A DNA stretch of 64,000 nucleotides from Okamejei kenojei (Eukaryota). Location of the stretch: the NCBI GenBank assembly GCA_035221665.1, contig CM069135.1, positions 23,808,001 through 23,872,000 on the forward strand, in the 5' to 3' direction. A program made the position numbers and the translations under genes. Below, piece after piece: positions 1 through 12,660 of the stretch; positions within the stretch are counted from its first letter, which is position 1, and each line of letters begins with the position of its first letter. The notes below the pieces were generated by a model. It had not been told where the DNA came from, did not search any database, and saw only the letters and a program-made list of their open reading frames with translations.

Positions 1-621
1 ATTGGAAATTATCTGAGATTTTACTTTGGCTTTGGAAACTGCCTTTGGATTCAATTGTGCTCTTCCGTTTTAGGTTGCAATAATAATTAGACTTTGTGAC
101 TTGGAAAGAACATCCCGGTTAATTCACCTTAGCTGGACTATCTGAGATTAATTGGGATCCAAAAGGACAAGATTCCCAACAAAAGGAGATTCAGTAAGAT
201 GAGCAACATCTATATATCTGTTTTCTTCTCGATTGTCTTTTAGTTGATTAGACTAGAGGTCAAAAAACAAACTAAAAATATATAAAATTGAAATTAAAAA
301 AACAGCAATGGTAACGATTGAGAGAAGTCACCTGATGCACAGATGGATGAGAGCAAAGGCTGTAAATAAAAACTAAGAAAATGATGGTGTTTAAGAGAGT
401 GGGAGAGAAAGTGAAAGCGAAAAGGAAAAAAAATTAAACCTTTGAAATCCTCGGGATGTCCAAAGTGATTTAACGTGACCCATAATTAAACTTATGATCC
501 TGTCATTAACGAATGTTTGAAACATTTTATCAATATTATTGTAAGCAGCTTTAAAAATTGTTGGTGAATTTGGATGTCAGGTCAAATCTGCTTATCTCTG
601 AATCTGCACTAATCAACAGCT

Positions 622-1763
622 CAGGAAATAGTGGATGCATTAGTGATAATCTTTCAAAACTCTTTAGATTCTGGAGTAGTTCCTGAGGATTGGCGGGTAG
701 CAAATGTAACCCCTCTTTTTAATTACAGACCAGTTAGGGTAGTGGGGAAACTGCTAGAGTCAGTTATTAATGGGTAGCAGCACATTCATTGGACAAAGTC
801 AGCATGGAGGTAAGTCAGTGGAAAGATGTAACAGTAGCGTGGACAGTGGACTGGAGAAGGCTTTCGACAAGGTCCCACATAAGAGACATTAAAGTTTATT
901 AGGGGTTCAGTATTGATGTGGATAGAGAACTGGCTGGCAAACAGGAAGCAAAGAGTTGGGTCCTTTTCACAATGGCAAAACTAGTACCGCAGGGCTCAGT
1001 GCTGGGGACCCCACTATTTACATATGATCTGGATGAGGGAATTGAAGGCAATATCTCCAAGTTTGTGACACTAAGCTCAGTGTTTCGCTCTGCAAGGTGG
1101 GATAGGCCAAATGTTTGGCAGATGCAGTATAATGTGGATAGTGAGGTTATCACTTTGGTGGCAAAAACTAATTTAAATGGTAATTAGTGCAGCGAGACCT
1201 GGGTGTGTCACATGCAGGTGCAACAGCAGTGAAAAAATGGTATGTTAGCTATAGCAAAAGGATTTGAGTACAGGAGCACTACTTCAGTTGTACAGGGTCT
1301 TGGATACACCTGGAGTATTGCGTGCAGTTTTGGTCTCCAAATCTGAGGAAGGACATTATTGTAGAGGGAGTGCAGAGAAGGTTCCCACCAGACTGATTCC
1401 TGGGATGGACTGTCTTTAAAGAAAGGACTGGATGGGTTTATACTTCTGGAATCCTTACAAAATTCTTAAGGGGTTGGACAGGCTAAATGCAGGAAGATTG
1501 TTCCCGATGGGGGAACTCCAGGACAGGGGTGCTTAAGGGGGAAATCCTTTAAGACCGAGATGAGAAAGACTTTCTTCTGGTGTCTCTGGAACTCTCTGCC
1601 ACAGAGGGTAGTGAGGCCAGTTCATTGGCTATATTTAAGAGTGAGTTGGATGTGGCTTGTGGCTAAGGGATCAGAGGGTATGGAGAGGAAGGCAGATTTT
1701 TTTGGATTAGAATGGCTGAGGCGAAGGAATGGGCACCTAATTTCTATGTTTCTAGTTTCTATG
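622..1763 (+). mobile_element. CR1 LINE fragment, same family, with many short deletions
   Basis: Collinear with 28775-30306 (gaaatagtggatgcattagtg...tttctatg tail). Confidence 0.88.
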
Positions 1764-1959
1764 AAGCACTTATTAGAAAGATCAGATTCATCACTATTAA
1801 TAAAGTGCAGGTAATTAAATGCAGCAAAGAAGCACAAAGATTAGCGGAGACCGTTTCACTGACATGATAAATTACCAAAGAAATTGTAAAATATGAAATT
1901 GCAATAACCCTCTTGGCTCCCTGTCAAAATACTGATCAACGGAAAATTTAGAGGAAGTC

Positions 1960-2000
1960 TACCATGCTTTTTGTCCTGCCTCTTCTCTCTCCCAGTTTTC

Positions 2001-2043
<43 letters not shown>

Positions 2044-2170
2044 AATCAGTCTGAAGAAGGGTTTTGACTTGAAACATCACCTATACATGTTCTCCAAAGA
2101 GAACATATATAGCCTGATCTGCTGGGTTACTCTAGCACTTGATTTCCTTTTGGGTAAACCAGCATCTACT
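1960..2170 (+). repeat. Penelope terminal-repeat copy with poly-C and hammerhead-like core
   Basis: A C-tract at 2002-2040, then CTGAAGA AGGGTTTTGACTT GAAACATC at 2051-2078. Confidence 0.62.
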
Positions 2171-2634
2171 GGTTTCTACAAGAGAACATGCAAACTCTAC
2201 ACATACAGAATCTAACGTCAGGCTCAAACCCGGGCCCCAGACCTGTGAGGCAATTGTCCTAAATGTTTTTCCACTTGCCTCTGAGAGCTCAGAAAGTGGC
2301 TTAATATAAGGTTTCATCTGAGAGTTAGCTCCACTCTGAGAGTGCAGCTAACTTTCAGAATTGCAGTGTAGATTAAGCCTCGGGGTTCTGGATAGAGAAT
2401 ATAACAGAAATACAGGCAGAGTGCAATAAAGTGCAACATTGTCACTGAAGGCATTAAGAAGTAGGACGCAGTGAAGCCCCATCTGAACCCTAATCTTAAT
2501 ATGAAATACTATCCGTAATAAATTTATTACTGTAAAAAAGCCCACAAAAGAACTCTGACTATCTCAACTACCAACAATCCAAAGCAATGACATTTAGCTT
2601 CAAACTATATCCAAAGGACCAAAAATATACTCAC

Positions 2635-2713
2635 CAGCCAGTGTAGGGGTTGTAATATAATTTATTCTCATCTTTAGTGGTGAATTCCCTCCATAACAAG
2701 TGCAGGGTAATTT
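2635..2713 (-). CDS. SHPRH: SHPRH coding exon; gene continues beyond the left edge
   Basis: EITLHLLWREFTTKDENKLYYNPYTG(C), similar to human LHFLWREIVTSEGLKLYYNPYTGC. cag acceptor, gtgagt donor, 79 nt. Confidence 0.92.
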
Positions 2714-4150
2714 CTGCATGGAAACAATTGCATGTTTTTAATCCACATCATATACTGATAGAGCTGCATGGCAAAATACAAATACATTACAACCCATGGG
2801 TGTTCTCACTTCCACTATTATATCCAGAAATTCACAGATTCAACCTTTCCATATTAAGCTTGCAATACTGCACACACAGTTACTCAGGCAGGTGAATGTG
2901 CATCTTTTGCTCACTCGTTTACTGGTGTTGTATGTACTTTAAGTGCATTACAGAAAGGCAATAAGGTCAGTCACTAGAAGCTGACCATCCTTAACGCAAT
3001 TTAGTTCCTATTTGAGTGACAGACATTGAGGGCTTATTGAGCCCAGACGACAACATGCAGATTCTTGAGATCACCCATAGCCCTTTTACACCTTGGAATA
3101 ATTTTCTATCCCAATTCCAATGGTGCATACTCTGGTAGTATCAAAGACATATGGTAAGGTGTATTGCCTCGAGTCTGCCTTTGACTTTCTAGTACTCCAG
3201 TGAAGCGTAGTGCAAGCCTCAGGAAACTTCTGGGAAATGGTTGTTACGTCCACCTGGCCTGTCCTTCCTATTTCTAGTACTTTACCAGATTTACCACAGA
3301 CATCACAAATTTGCAGTTTCTCCATGGCACTTCACTGGTTGATGATCATTATAGCTCCGTTTGTCTTATGTCAAAATCACTTCATCCCTGTCATTACCTT
3401 CTGCTTTCCACTTAAGCAGTTTCAATGTGTGCACATGCACTCCCTTACCCTCCTTAATTTTATTGCTTTACAATTACCATTCAAATGTCTCAGACAAAAT
3501 ACAATCAAATTGAAACAGGCTGACACTCAATGAAGCTGATGGTGAGAAAGGCTGAACAAGTTGGGGTCTGCATTCTATGGAGCTCAGAAGAATGAGGAGG
3601 CATTAAAAAGCACGTTATCACAAGTCTGAAAGTGTTGGACGAGGGACCACATTTGCGAGATAAGGAGCCAGTAATTGAAATCAGAGAGGTGTACAAAGTT
3701 ATTTTCGCAAGGTTAATGAATCTCTGAAATTCCCTATTGGATTCTTGAAAATATTTAAATGGAGACAGATGAATTTTTGAAAGACTGCGAGGTATGGGCA
3801 ACTGGCACAGAAGATGAGTTGTGGCCAACATAAATCATACCTGATCATACTGAATTCTGGGCAGGCTTGAGGAATGTAGCTATTCCTGCTCCTATTTTCT
3901 TTTGTTCTTATGTGTTCTGCACAATAACAGTATAGTGATGTAGTGATGAGGAATGATCTATTATAGAAGATGTTTCCAATTGAGAGGAAGATTAAAAACT
4001 ACGGACCTTGTATTGGACATTAATAAATCTAGTATAAACTCCTTTCCTCAATCATTCAAATTTGGAATTCTACCACATTGAGTTTCCAGGTCAATAAGGT
4101 GGATTCATCTAGTCTTCATCAGTGTTGTGCAGCATCCATTTCAAACTTAC

Positions 4151-4366
4151 CATCAGAGGGAGGATTAACAAAGTAATATTCTTTCTGCAGCATCCAATTG
4201 ACAGCCTGACACTGATATGGTCTGAGTGTTGGAACAAGCAGGGTGTGCTGAACCTTCTCATTACAGAGAACTTCCTGCTGATGCGCATGACGTACAAAGT
4301 CATATAGCTCTTCTACATTCTCCCTTTCTAGCTCTTTATTAGCTTCTTCAACGAAGTTAGGTACAT
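4151..4366 (-). CDS. SHPRH: SHPRH coding exon (start of SNF2 domain, LRPYQ motif)
   Basis: Contains VEELYDFVRHAHQQE...VQHTLLVPTLRPYQCQAVNWMLQKE. cag acceptor, gtaagt donor, 216 nt, phase consistent. Confidence 0.93.
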
Positions 4367-4923
4367 CTGCATTAAAAGATACAGAAAAAAGATGAATTCA
4401 TGTTTAAGAATCATTAAGAAAATGTCTATCACAAAAAGAGGTGAACACAGATTTAACGGTTTATAAACCTACAGTGAATTTCAGATATTTTTCTTTTTAG
4501 TGAATAAAGTTCTTCATTTTCTTTCTTCAATGTTCCATTCTTTGCAATGACAATCTTTCTTAGTAAGCATACTTTTGGAATTAGGATAACGAACACTGAA
4601 GAGTAATCTAAATTAAACGTTTGCACATTGATGTAAACTAATAAATGAGCTCACTGTTGCTCCTTTGAAGAAGAGTGGGAGGAAAAACAGCAACAAAGAT
4701 CTGGAGTACACAGATAAAGGATTTTACAAAAAGAACTGGTTTTCCATCTAAGATGCATATAGAAGATCCTTTCACGCTCCTCAAGGAGCTAGTCTATAGA
4801 TTCCGGACAATATTTATCCACCAATAAACCACATTAAATTTGAAAAAAACAATACAGTGGATGGCTGAAATGGGAAATAAAACAGAAAATGCTAGTAATT
4901 CTCAGCACAGACAGCATCTATAA

Positions 4924-5374
4924 CAGGGGTCGGCAACCTTGTTCTGCATAGGGGCCGGGACGCATGTCTGTGAGCGGATGGCGGACCACATCTATCACGT
5001 GTACACATGGATCCTGCCCCGGATGGCAGGCATCAAATCAAGTGTTCAGTCTGAGTCTGAAGAAGGGTTTCCACCTGAGCCGCCACCTATTCCTTCGCTC
5101 CATAGATGCTGCCTCACCCGCTGAGTTTTGCCAGCAATTTTGTCTACCTTCAATTTTTCCAGCATCTGCAATCTTTCTTAAACGTGTTCACAGAACGTGC
5201 GCGGCCGTGCCGGCGGCTTTGCGCAGGATGCGGTACAGCCAGAGCCCGGCCGCTGCTTGGGGCACTGCTGCTCATGGCGCCCGGCCGCTACTCGGGGCAC
5301 CCGGCCGCTGCGGGCCGGCTGATTTCGGGTTACAGGCCGCATTCGGCCCGGGGGCCATAGGTTGCCCACCCCTG
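4924..5374. mobile_element. hAT (Charlie-like) MITE
   Basis: TIRs CAGGGGTCGGCAACCT / AGGTTGCCCACCCCTG. 8-bp TSD ATCTATAA (4916-4923) / ATCTATAG (5375-5382). Confidence 0.85.
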
Positions 5375-5652
5375 ATCTATAGAATGAATACAGAATTAAT
5401 GTTTCTTATCCATAACTGCATTGGAACTGGAGAAAATTAGATTAAATATGTTCCAAATTAATGAGAAAGGTCCGTTGATGGGGAAAGAATAAATTATGAT
5501 GTCAGTGATAACGTGAAAGGAAGGATCAAAAGACCTGCTGAGTATTTTCACAATTTCTGCTTATTTCAGATTTCTAGCAGCAGCAAATATTTTCTTTATA
5601 ATAGTTCTCAAGCTGCCTTAATTATATCTTCCTTTTACAATGAACATTGTAC

Positions 5653-5782
5653 CTGGAGCAGCTAAGTCATAAAAATATTCCATAAGTTTCTGAATCAACA
5701 TATTTGTCTTTTTCATTCTGCTGCTTCCTTCACTCAGGTCCACTGGTTTTCCTAAACCAGACTCAAGAAGATATACACCCAC
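5653..5782 (-). CDS. SHPRH: SHPRH coding exon
   Basis: VGVYLLESGLGKPVDLSEGSSRMKKTNMLIQKLMEYFYDLAAP, similar to human VGIYLLEAGLAKLDFLSDANSRMKKFNQLMKKVMEKLH. AG/GT flanks, 130 nt. Confidence 0.92.
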
Positions 5783-6695
5783 CTACAGTGTAAAACAAAC
5801 AAGTCAAGCTTAAATAGACAACTAGGACATTTGGCAAAAGAAAGGCAAAAGACAAACTCTAAACTCAGATCTTCACTAAATATTCAGGGGACTACACTAT
5901 CGCAAGATGTCAAGACCTTGCAACGGATGCAGACAAATTTACTAGAATGCTATAAAGGATAAGGGCTCCACTTCATAAAGTAACAAAAAAATCATGTTTG
6001 ATTTCCTTTGAGAAGAGATGAATAAGCAAAGCTTTGATGGAGACATTCAAAGCAAGAGACTTCATTCATTCTGCATGAAACCTTTTTTTTGCGCTTTCCA
6101 TTGCTAAACCCCATTTTTTGGGTTAAATTAAAACTACAATTTTACAAATAATCTTTTCCCTTCAAGTTGATTCCATGTCATTTGCCATTCCTCTATGGCA
6201 CTACATTAATAGGGCAAAATATATTACAACCATTATGACAGTGCCAGGAAATGGAGGTGTTCAGCAAGTAGGTTTCTAGCACTTTAGCCAAATGGGGAAA
6301 ATAAATAAACCCAATAGGTGGCAATATTACCCTCACGTTCAAGACAAGCAAGGGCAATGAAAGCACAGCACTATAGACATAGAGAGGGACTAGCTCACTC
6401 AAGCTGCTAAGGGAGGATTGTAAAAATGGAGTAATCACTTCAGCACTGCCGGCCAGAAGATTTAACAAATTACAGAATACACAAGCAATTTAACAAAATC
6501 CAGAATCATTTTGCAGTATGATAGGACATAATTTCCTCCGTTATTATTATGTAATTGGAGAGAAAACCTTTGCACAATATGATTACAGTGCAAGAAAAGC
6601 AGGAAGTAAACAACTGCAAAGGAGGAAAAAGAGACAGCGAGTCAGGAGGATTAATGGTTAAATCAAAGTTAACAATATATTGGAAAGATGAATAC

Positions 6696-7295
6696 CTTCA
6701 AAGTTTGACAATCTTCAATATTCTTTTGGAACAATCTGAGCACTTGCTTTCTTTGAAGCCACAATATATCCTCCAGTACTGTAAAAGGGAATGAGCTTCT
6801 CACAGAGCCAATCACTTCTTCATGACAATCACTCTCAGAGTCATCACTTTCCTTAGTGACTGAGATTTGCAACTGACTATCATTACTAGTCTTTGACAAA
6901 CAAAGAGAGAGGGACAAAATATTATCTGGAAATACTTGGCCTTCTGGAAGTTGGAGGATGAACTCATCTAGCTGCGCTCGCCATTCATTGTCCTGATGAC
7001 ATGGGGAGATGATGAGACTGGGATGGGCAGAGTTGCTTGACAGAAAAGATCCCTCTTCATCCTCAGTCACGCTGGAGACATTTGGTGATTCATTCAGTTT
7101 CAAACTGCTCACCAGGAGAGACCCTGCATCTCTATATTCTGAGAAACCTGAGCCTGTAGCCAATGGATTGTTGCTGCTATCCGTTACAGCAGGTGGTTGA
7201 AGCTGCTTCAAGTCATCACACATGTTCCAACTCAGCCTTTTCTTTGCCTCCTCGTCTACCCGCGAAGGGGGTGCACATTTTCTTCTGTTGCTCAT
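6696..7295 (-). CDS. SHPRH: SHPRH (SNF2 histone-linker PHD RING helicase, E3 ligase), first major coding exon
   Basis: Translates MSNRRKCAPPSRVDEEAKKRLSWNM...LEDILWLQRKQVLRLFQK..TLK, resembling human MSSRRKRAPPVRVDEEKRQQLHWNM...LEDLGWLQKKRRIKLYQK. AG acceptor at 7301-7300, GT donor at 6695-6694; 600 nt, phase 0. Confidence 0.93.
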
Positions 7296-10200
7296 TGTAC
7301 TGTAAATGTAGGGCAAGTTTGCAGCTGTAATGAAAAACATGAACAAATCTCTTAGTGAAAATCTTGTCTCGTTATTGCTTTCAATGCAGCAAAAGGAACA
7401 GACCATTCAGTCCCACAATCCATTCCACTGTTCAATTAGATCATGGCTGTTGAAATCTTGACCAACTTCGCTGCATTAGCCACACACCCCTTTCCTATCA
7501 AAAATCTAATAACTACTCCAAAATGGTAACATTCATTAACAAAAACACAGATCACCTGAAAAATTCCTTGAATTGCCAAACATTTTTTTTTTAATTACAA
7601 TGAAGAAACAAACCAGCTACCCCATTGGGTCTGTGCTTGCTGTGTGTCTTCCATGCCAATTATCTTGTATCTGGAGTATAATCCATCAGCATAACTTTCT
7701 TCTTATATATGTTTTTATCCATCTTTTTCCTCAAAGTAATTTTACCACATATATTGCTCAGACACATTTGATATTTCTGAAAACTAAAATCAAAATCTTA
7801 ATTCTTTATAATTGAAAATATGAACAAATCTTGAACTCCAATGGACTGTCAATTTTTGCTTTTGAAGGTAAGACCCAGGCTCAACACATAATTCCAAATG
7901 CAGTGTAATTAGGGTGTGGTACAGCTGTAGCAAAGCAGTTTAGTTTAGTTTATTGGCACGTGTCCCAAGGTACAGTGAAAAGATTTCTGTTGCATGCTAA
8001 CCATAGTCAGCGGAAAGACTATACATGACTACATCTACCACATCATGGACACAAGTAGACCATGCCAGAAACTCTGAGCAGATCAGGCAACATCTGAGGA
8101 GAAAGAACACTCAACATTTTATATCAATGACCCTTCACTTCATCTACCAGATCAGGATGGCCTCTGAATTTAAATAAAACAAAATGATCATTTTTGATGC
8201 AAAATTAATGACTTAGAATCATGCCATTGCTATATTTCTCTTTTGTTTGTAACTTTTTGCTCCAGTCTCCTACTTACTGCACCTTTGCCAATGGCAAACT
8301 TGGATTCACACCTCTCTATTATACTATCTTGTTCATCAATAATTCTAAATGGTGAGAGACGTGATAGTTGCATTCCTAAGAAATCCTGCATTATAGAAAA
8401 TCAGGTTATAATCGACAGAATTGTGTCAGTAAAAAATAGGGTTAGGGGGTAGAGTATTTTTCCAACAGGACTTTCAAAATAATGGTCTTTTCAATAGCTA
8501 TCAGTTAATTTTTGTTATTGCAAGCTGAAAATACAAAAGGCTGCATGCTACATTATTTAATAAAATATCATTGCACAATTGTCAATAGAAGCTACTGCTT
8601 GTCAGTTTCACTGGTTACCTACAGTGAAACTCACTGACTGTGTATTTAAGAAACAACAGTATCTGATAGTGCAGGGAAGTTACATGGAAGTAGATATTTT
8701 CCAAGACTTGTTTTTCTGCAAAGTATCTTTTATGTGACTTTCTACTTCCCGATCTGAAAATTACAGCAGAAAATAACATAATAAAAATGTGTTGCTCAAA
8801 TCAGCAAACACAATATGTCCAATTTGTGTTGCAGAAACACATGTTATAGAAAAATTACCTGCATGCAGGTTGCAAATAATTAGGAAAGTAACTCAGGCAG
8901 CATCTCTGGAGAACATGGACAGGTGACATTTCGAGTCAGGACCTGGTTTGGGCAGGTTGCCTTATCAGACAAGGTTGGGCAGACTACTGGAGTTTTGCAA
9001 AATGAGAGTGGACTTCATTAAAACATACACAATCCTTAGTAGTCCTAACAAAGTGGACCCAAGAGAATGATTAATCCTATTGGAGAATCTTGAATTGGGG
9101 ACGGGATTCATATTTAAAAACGTGGGTTTGTCCATTTAATACATGGACAAGACTCATTTTTTTCTCATAGATAGTTAGTTACAAGTTTTTGGAACTCACT
9201 TTTGCAAAGGTTGAAGAAAGCTAAGGTTTTCAGGATTTTCGAGGCAGAGATAAATAGTTAAATACTTGCTAAGCAGGCAAGTGTAGGATTATGGTGGGTA
9301 AATGGGATGTTGAGGTCATAATTAGATAAGCCATTATTATATGGAATGGCATTGAAGACTTGAGGGGCCAAAAGATCTCAGTCCCTAATTCATATGTTGA
9401 CAGTGAATAGCTGAAGCCGTAGCATTGATTCTTCGGCACTGGTTCTAATCGTCGTGTCTCTCTAGTGTTGATTAAACACCTCATATCGGTTTACACCTAT
9501 TAATTCAAAATTATCTCCTGCGCTGAAACAAAATAAATCTAATCAATTAAAATGCACAGTACAAAACATTGAAATGAAGAATAAGTGCCCAAAAGATATG
9601 ATTCTAACAAATTTTAACCTGGAGAATTTTACACATTAAATAATTTAAGAAACTATCTCTCTTAATCCTGTAAAATTAAGCAATTCGTAATAAATTCAGG
9701 AACAAATAACAACTTCAATAGTTTAAACTTACCTAATTAGAAACAAAATTGTTCTTTGCCTTATGTGGAAGCATGTTGGGAAAGCAAAGAAATTCAGTAA
9801 TCCGGTTCCATGATGAACACAGACATTGGTGTCCAATTGTAGTCCAACCCCTATTCACACATGTTCGAAAATCGCAGTTACAAGTGCAATGGGAATTCAA
9901 TGTCACCCTTCAATTAAGGAGAGAGATAGCTGTAACATAAGAAATTAAAATCATGCATAGATTTTTCTGCATCTTTTTAATACCTGCAGCTTAAAAACTT
10001 TATATTAATAAAGCAGGCATGGTGTAGAGGGTTTAAATCAAAGATTCTTGTAAATAAAGTTTTAACAAATTAGTTGGTTTATCTCCAATTATCTTTATTT
10101 TTATTTTATTTTATTCCTTATTTTATTAAATTTTAATTTCAAAATTCAAACAATAAAAATGCACGTCCAAAAGGAAAACTGACTTGCAAATATATATCTA

Positions 10201-11689
10201 TCAACAACAAAAAAATCAAAAACTTTGAGAAAAATCATCAGTTACTAATAAAAATGTGTACAAAAACAAATGGTATGGAAAATTGTCAATCCTCTCCTCA
10301 TTCCCTGAATTTGAAAATTATGCTTAAGAGAGTATTTGTAGTGCATTTTGTCAATGGTGCACAATGCAGCCACAGTGCAATAGTGATGGAGGGGATGAAA
10401 ATGGTGAAGGGTGGCTGATGGGATGTTTTGTTGTAGATGGTGTTGGTACTACACTCGTCCAAGCAAGTGGAGAGTATTCCATTACACTCATGAATTCAAA
10501 GTGATGCTGGAAATGGCTTGTGATATCAGGCAGTTGCCTGGCTTCTACCCTGCTCTAGCCATGCTATTTATGTGATTGGCACCAAATGCTCAATGGTGAC
10601 CACATCACCCCCTCCCCCACCCAGCCTCTCTGATGTTAATGATGAAGGACACACGATGACACATCGAGGGTGCGTGGTTAAACTCCTTCTTGTTAGAAGT
10701 AAAATGTTGATTGTTTAATACAGGAAAACAGAAATCATAGAATAATAGAAAACAATAGTCCGAGGACGGTCCCGACCTCACACATCATCTGTTTAATTCC
10801 CTCCACATATGCTGCTTGGCTTACTGAGTACCTCCAGCGTTATTTTTGCTCAATATCCCAGTATCTGCAGTCTCGAATGTCTCCAAACTATTATTCTGTC
10901 AGTTTAAAGGATATGCTCGGGTCAAGTTTTTTTAGACAGAGGGTGGTGGGTGCCTGGAACATACTGCCTGGGGTGGTGATGGTGCAGGCAGATATGACAG
11001 TGGTGTTTATGAGACTTTTAGATCAGATATATGGATAAATATGCAGGGAATGGAGGGGTAAGGATAATGTGCAGGCAGACGATATTTGTTTAGCTTGGCA
11101 TCGGGTTCAGCATAGACATTGTGGGCCAAAGGGCCTTTTCCTATGCTGTATTTAAATCAAAGAGCATTTTGATTTAACATCTTTGAAATTTCAGCATTAG
11201 ATTATATTTCAGTAAATTATTATATGCTCAAGTCTCTGTTACAGCCATTATCAACGAGCCATGGCTGATGCAAAACATTGTTAAATACAGGAATATTGCA
11301 TTCAACACGAATCACTCATTAATATAATCACGTTGGTACTTAAATACACAAAGGAAACTAAAAAATATGAGAAAGGTTTGTATTTTTGCAATAAATTTCT
11401 GGAACAGGAAGTTGTCCCAAGTCACTTTCAATTCAAGAGGAAGTTTTGTAGCGAGGGTACTGTTGCGGTGCATTGGTGTTGATGGAAGGCTAAACACTTG
11501 GCCGGCAGGCTAGGGATGCTGTGGCAACTTCTGAATGCATTTGAGAAGGAAGATGCGGCACAGATGAACACAGGGTTTGAAAGGCAACCCCTCGGACTGA
11601 GCAACAGTCTCCGTGTCGCTGAATATTGTGCTGGACACATCCTTTGAACGCAAAGGCAGTGCAATCACTCAAGGCCATCACTCGTGGAG

Positions 11690-12030
11690 GAAACCTGCTC
11701 GGACGATCGTTAAGGAGGTTACTTACAGCATGTTGGGACGTTTTCGGGGAGATATTCTGCCCAGTAACCATGGCGACTGCAGCCGGCGAGCCCTCCCGGA
11801 AGAGGCCGGCATCCTCCCGGAAGTCAGCGCTGCACGCAGTCATGTACGGCCGCTTCGTGTCTCAGAAGATCAGTCGCATCCGATGGCGGCCGGAGCCCGC
11901 CTCCGCGCTGCAGCCGCCGGAGAGTATCGCCACCGGCTCCTGGGACGCCGAGGTGCGTGCACTCCGCAAGCTTGGCTTGGGTCGGAAAGGAACCGTGGAG
12001 GCGGGACTGCGGGCGGTTGCGCAGAAAGCT
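11690..12030. promoter_or_regulatory. CpG island / bidirectional promoter of SHPRH and NUP43
   Basis: CpG-rich segment. RFX X-box-like GTAACCATGGCGAC at 11764-11777; two ETS/GABP-type CCGGAAG sites at 11796-11802 and 11817-11823. Minus-strand GTAAGT donor at 11726-11721 (putative SHPRH exon 1 end); NUP43 ATG at 11842. Confidence 0.75.
11842..11952 (+). CDS. NUP43: NUP43 (nucleoporin 43, WD40) exon 1
   Basis: MYGRFVSQKISRIRWRPEPASALQPPESIATGSWDAE, similar to human YAKFVSQKISKTRWRP...FATGSWDNE. Donor gtgcgt at 11953. Confidence 0.92.
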
Positions 12031-12199
12031 ATGCGAGGGAAGGGGCAAGATGAGGAAGGCGGGAGGAAGGGCAAAGGGACGGAGGAGAGGGGGGGGGGGG
12101 GGGGTGGGCAGGGGACATGTAGTAGTTGGGGGGAGAGGTGTAGGGACGTAAAGGAGTTGGGGTGCGGGGAGGGGAGGCGCGGGAGCATGGAGGAGTTGT

Positions 12200-12660
12200 G
12201 GGGAGGGGGGCAAGAGGAGTGTGGGGGGGGAGGGGGCAAGAGGAGTGTGGGGGGGGAGGGGGGGCAAGAGGAGTGTGGGAGGGGGCAAGAGGAGTGTGGG
12301 GGGAGTGGGGCAAGAGGAGTGTGGGGGAGGGGGCAAGAGGAGTGTGGGGGGAGTGGGGCAAGAGGAGTGTGGGGGGGGGGGCCAGTGGGGGGGGAGGGGG
12401 GCAAGTGAGGAGTGTGGGGGGGGGAAGGGGGGGGGGAGGGGGGCAAGAGGAGTGTGGGGGGAGGGGGCAAGAGGAGTGTGGGGGGAGGGGGCAAGAGGGG
12501 TGGGGGGAGGGGGCAAGAGGAGTGTGGGGGGGAGGGGGCAAGAGGAGTGTGGGGGGGGGGGCAAGGGGGTGGGGGCAAGAGGAGTGTGGGGGGGGGGAGG
12601 GGGCAAGAGGAGTGGGGGGGCAAGAGGAGTGGGGGGAGTGGGCAAGAGGAGGGGGCAAGA
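12200..12660 (+). repeat. G-rich minisatellite in NUP43 intron 1
   Basis: About 20 units with core GGGGCAAGAGGAGTGTGGGGG and variable G-runs. Confidence 0.92.

Noticed and set aside
12200-12660. Repeat-spacer appearance resembling a CRISPR array
   Set aside because: The spacers are only variable G-runs, there are no cas genes, and the context is a vertebrate intron.
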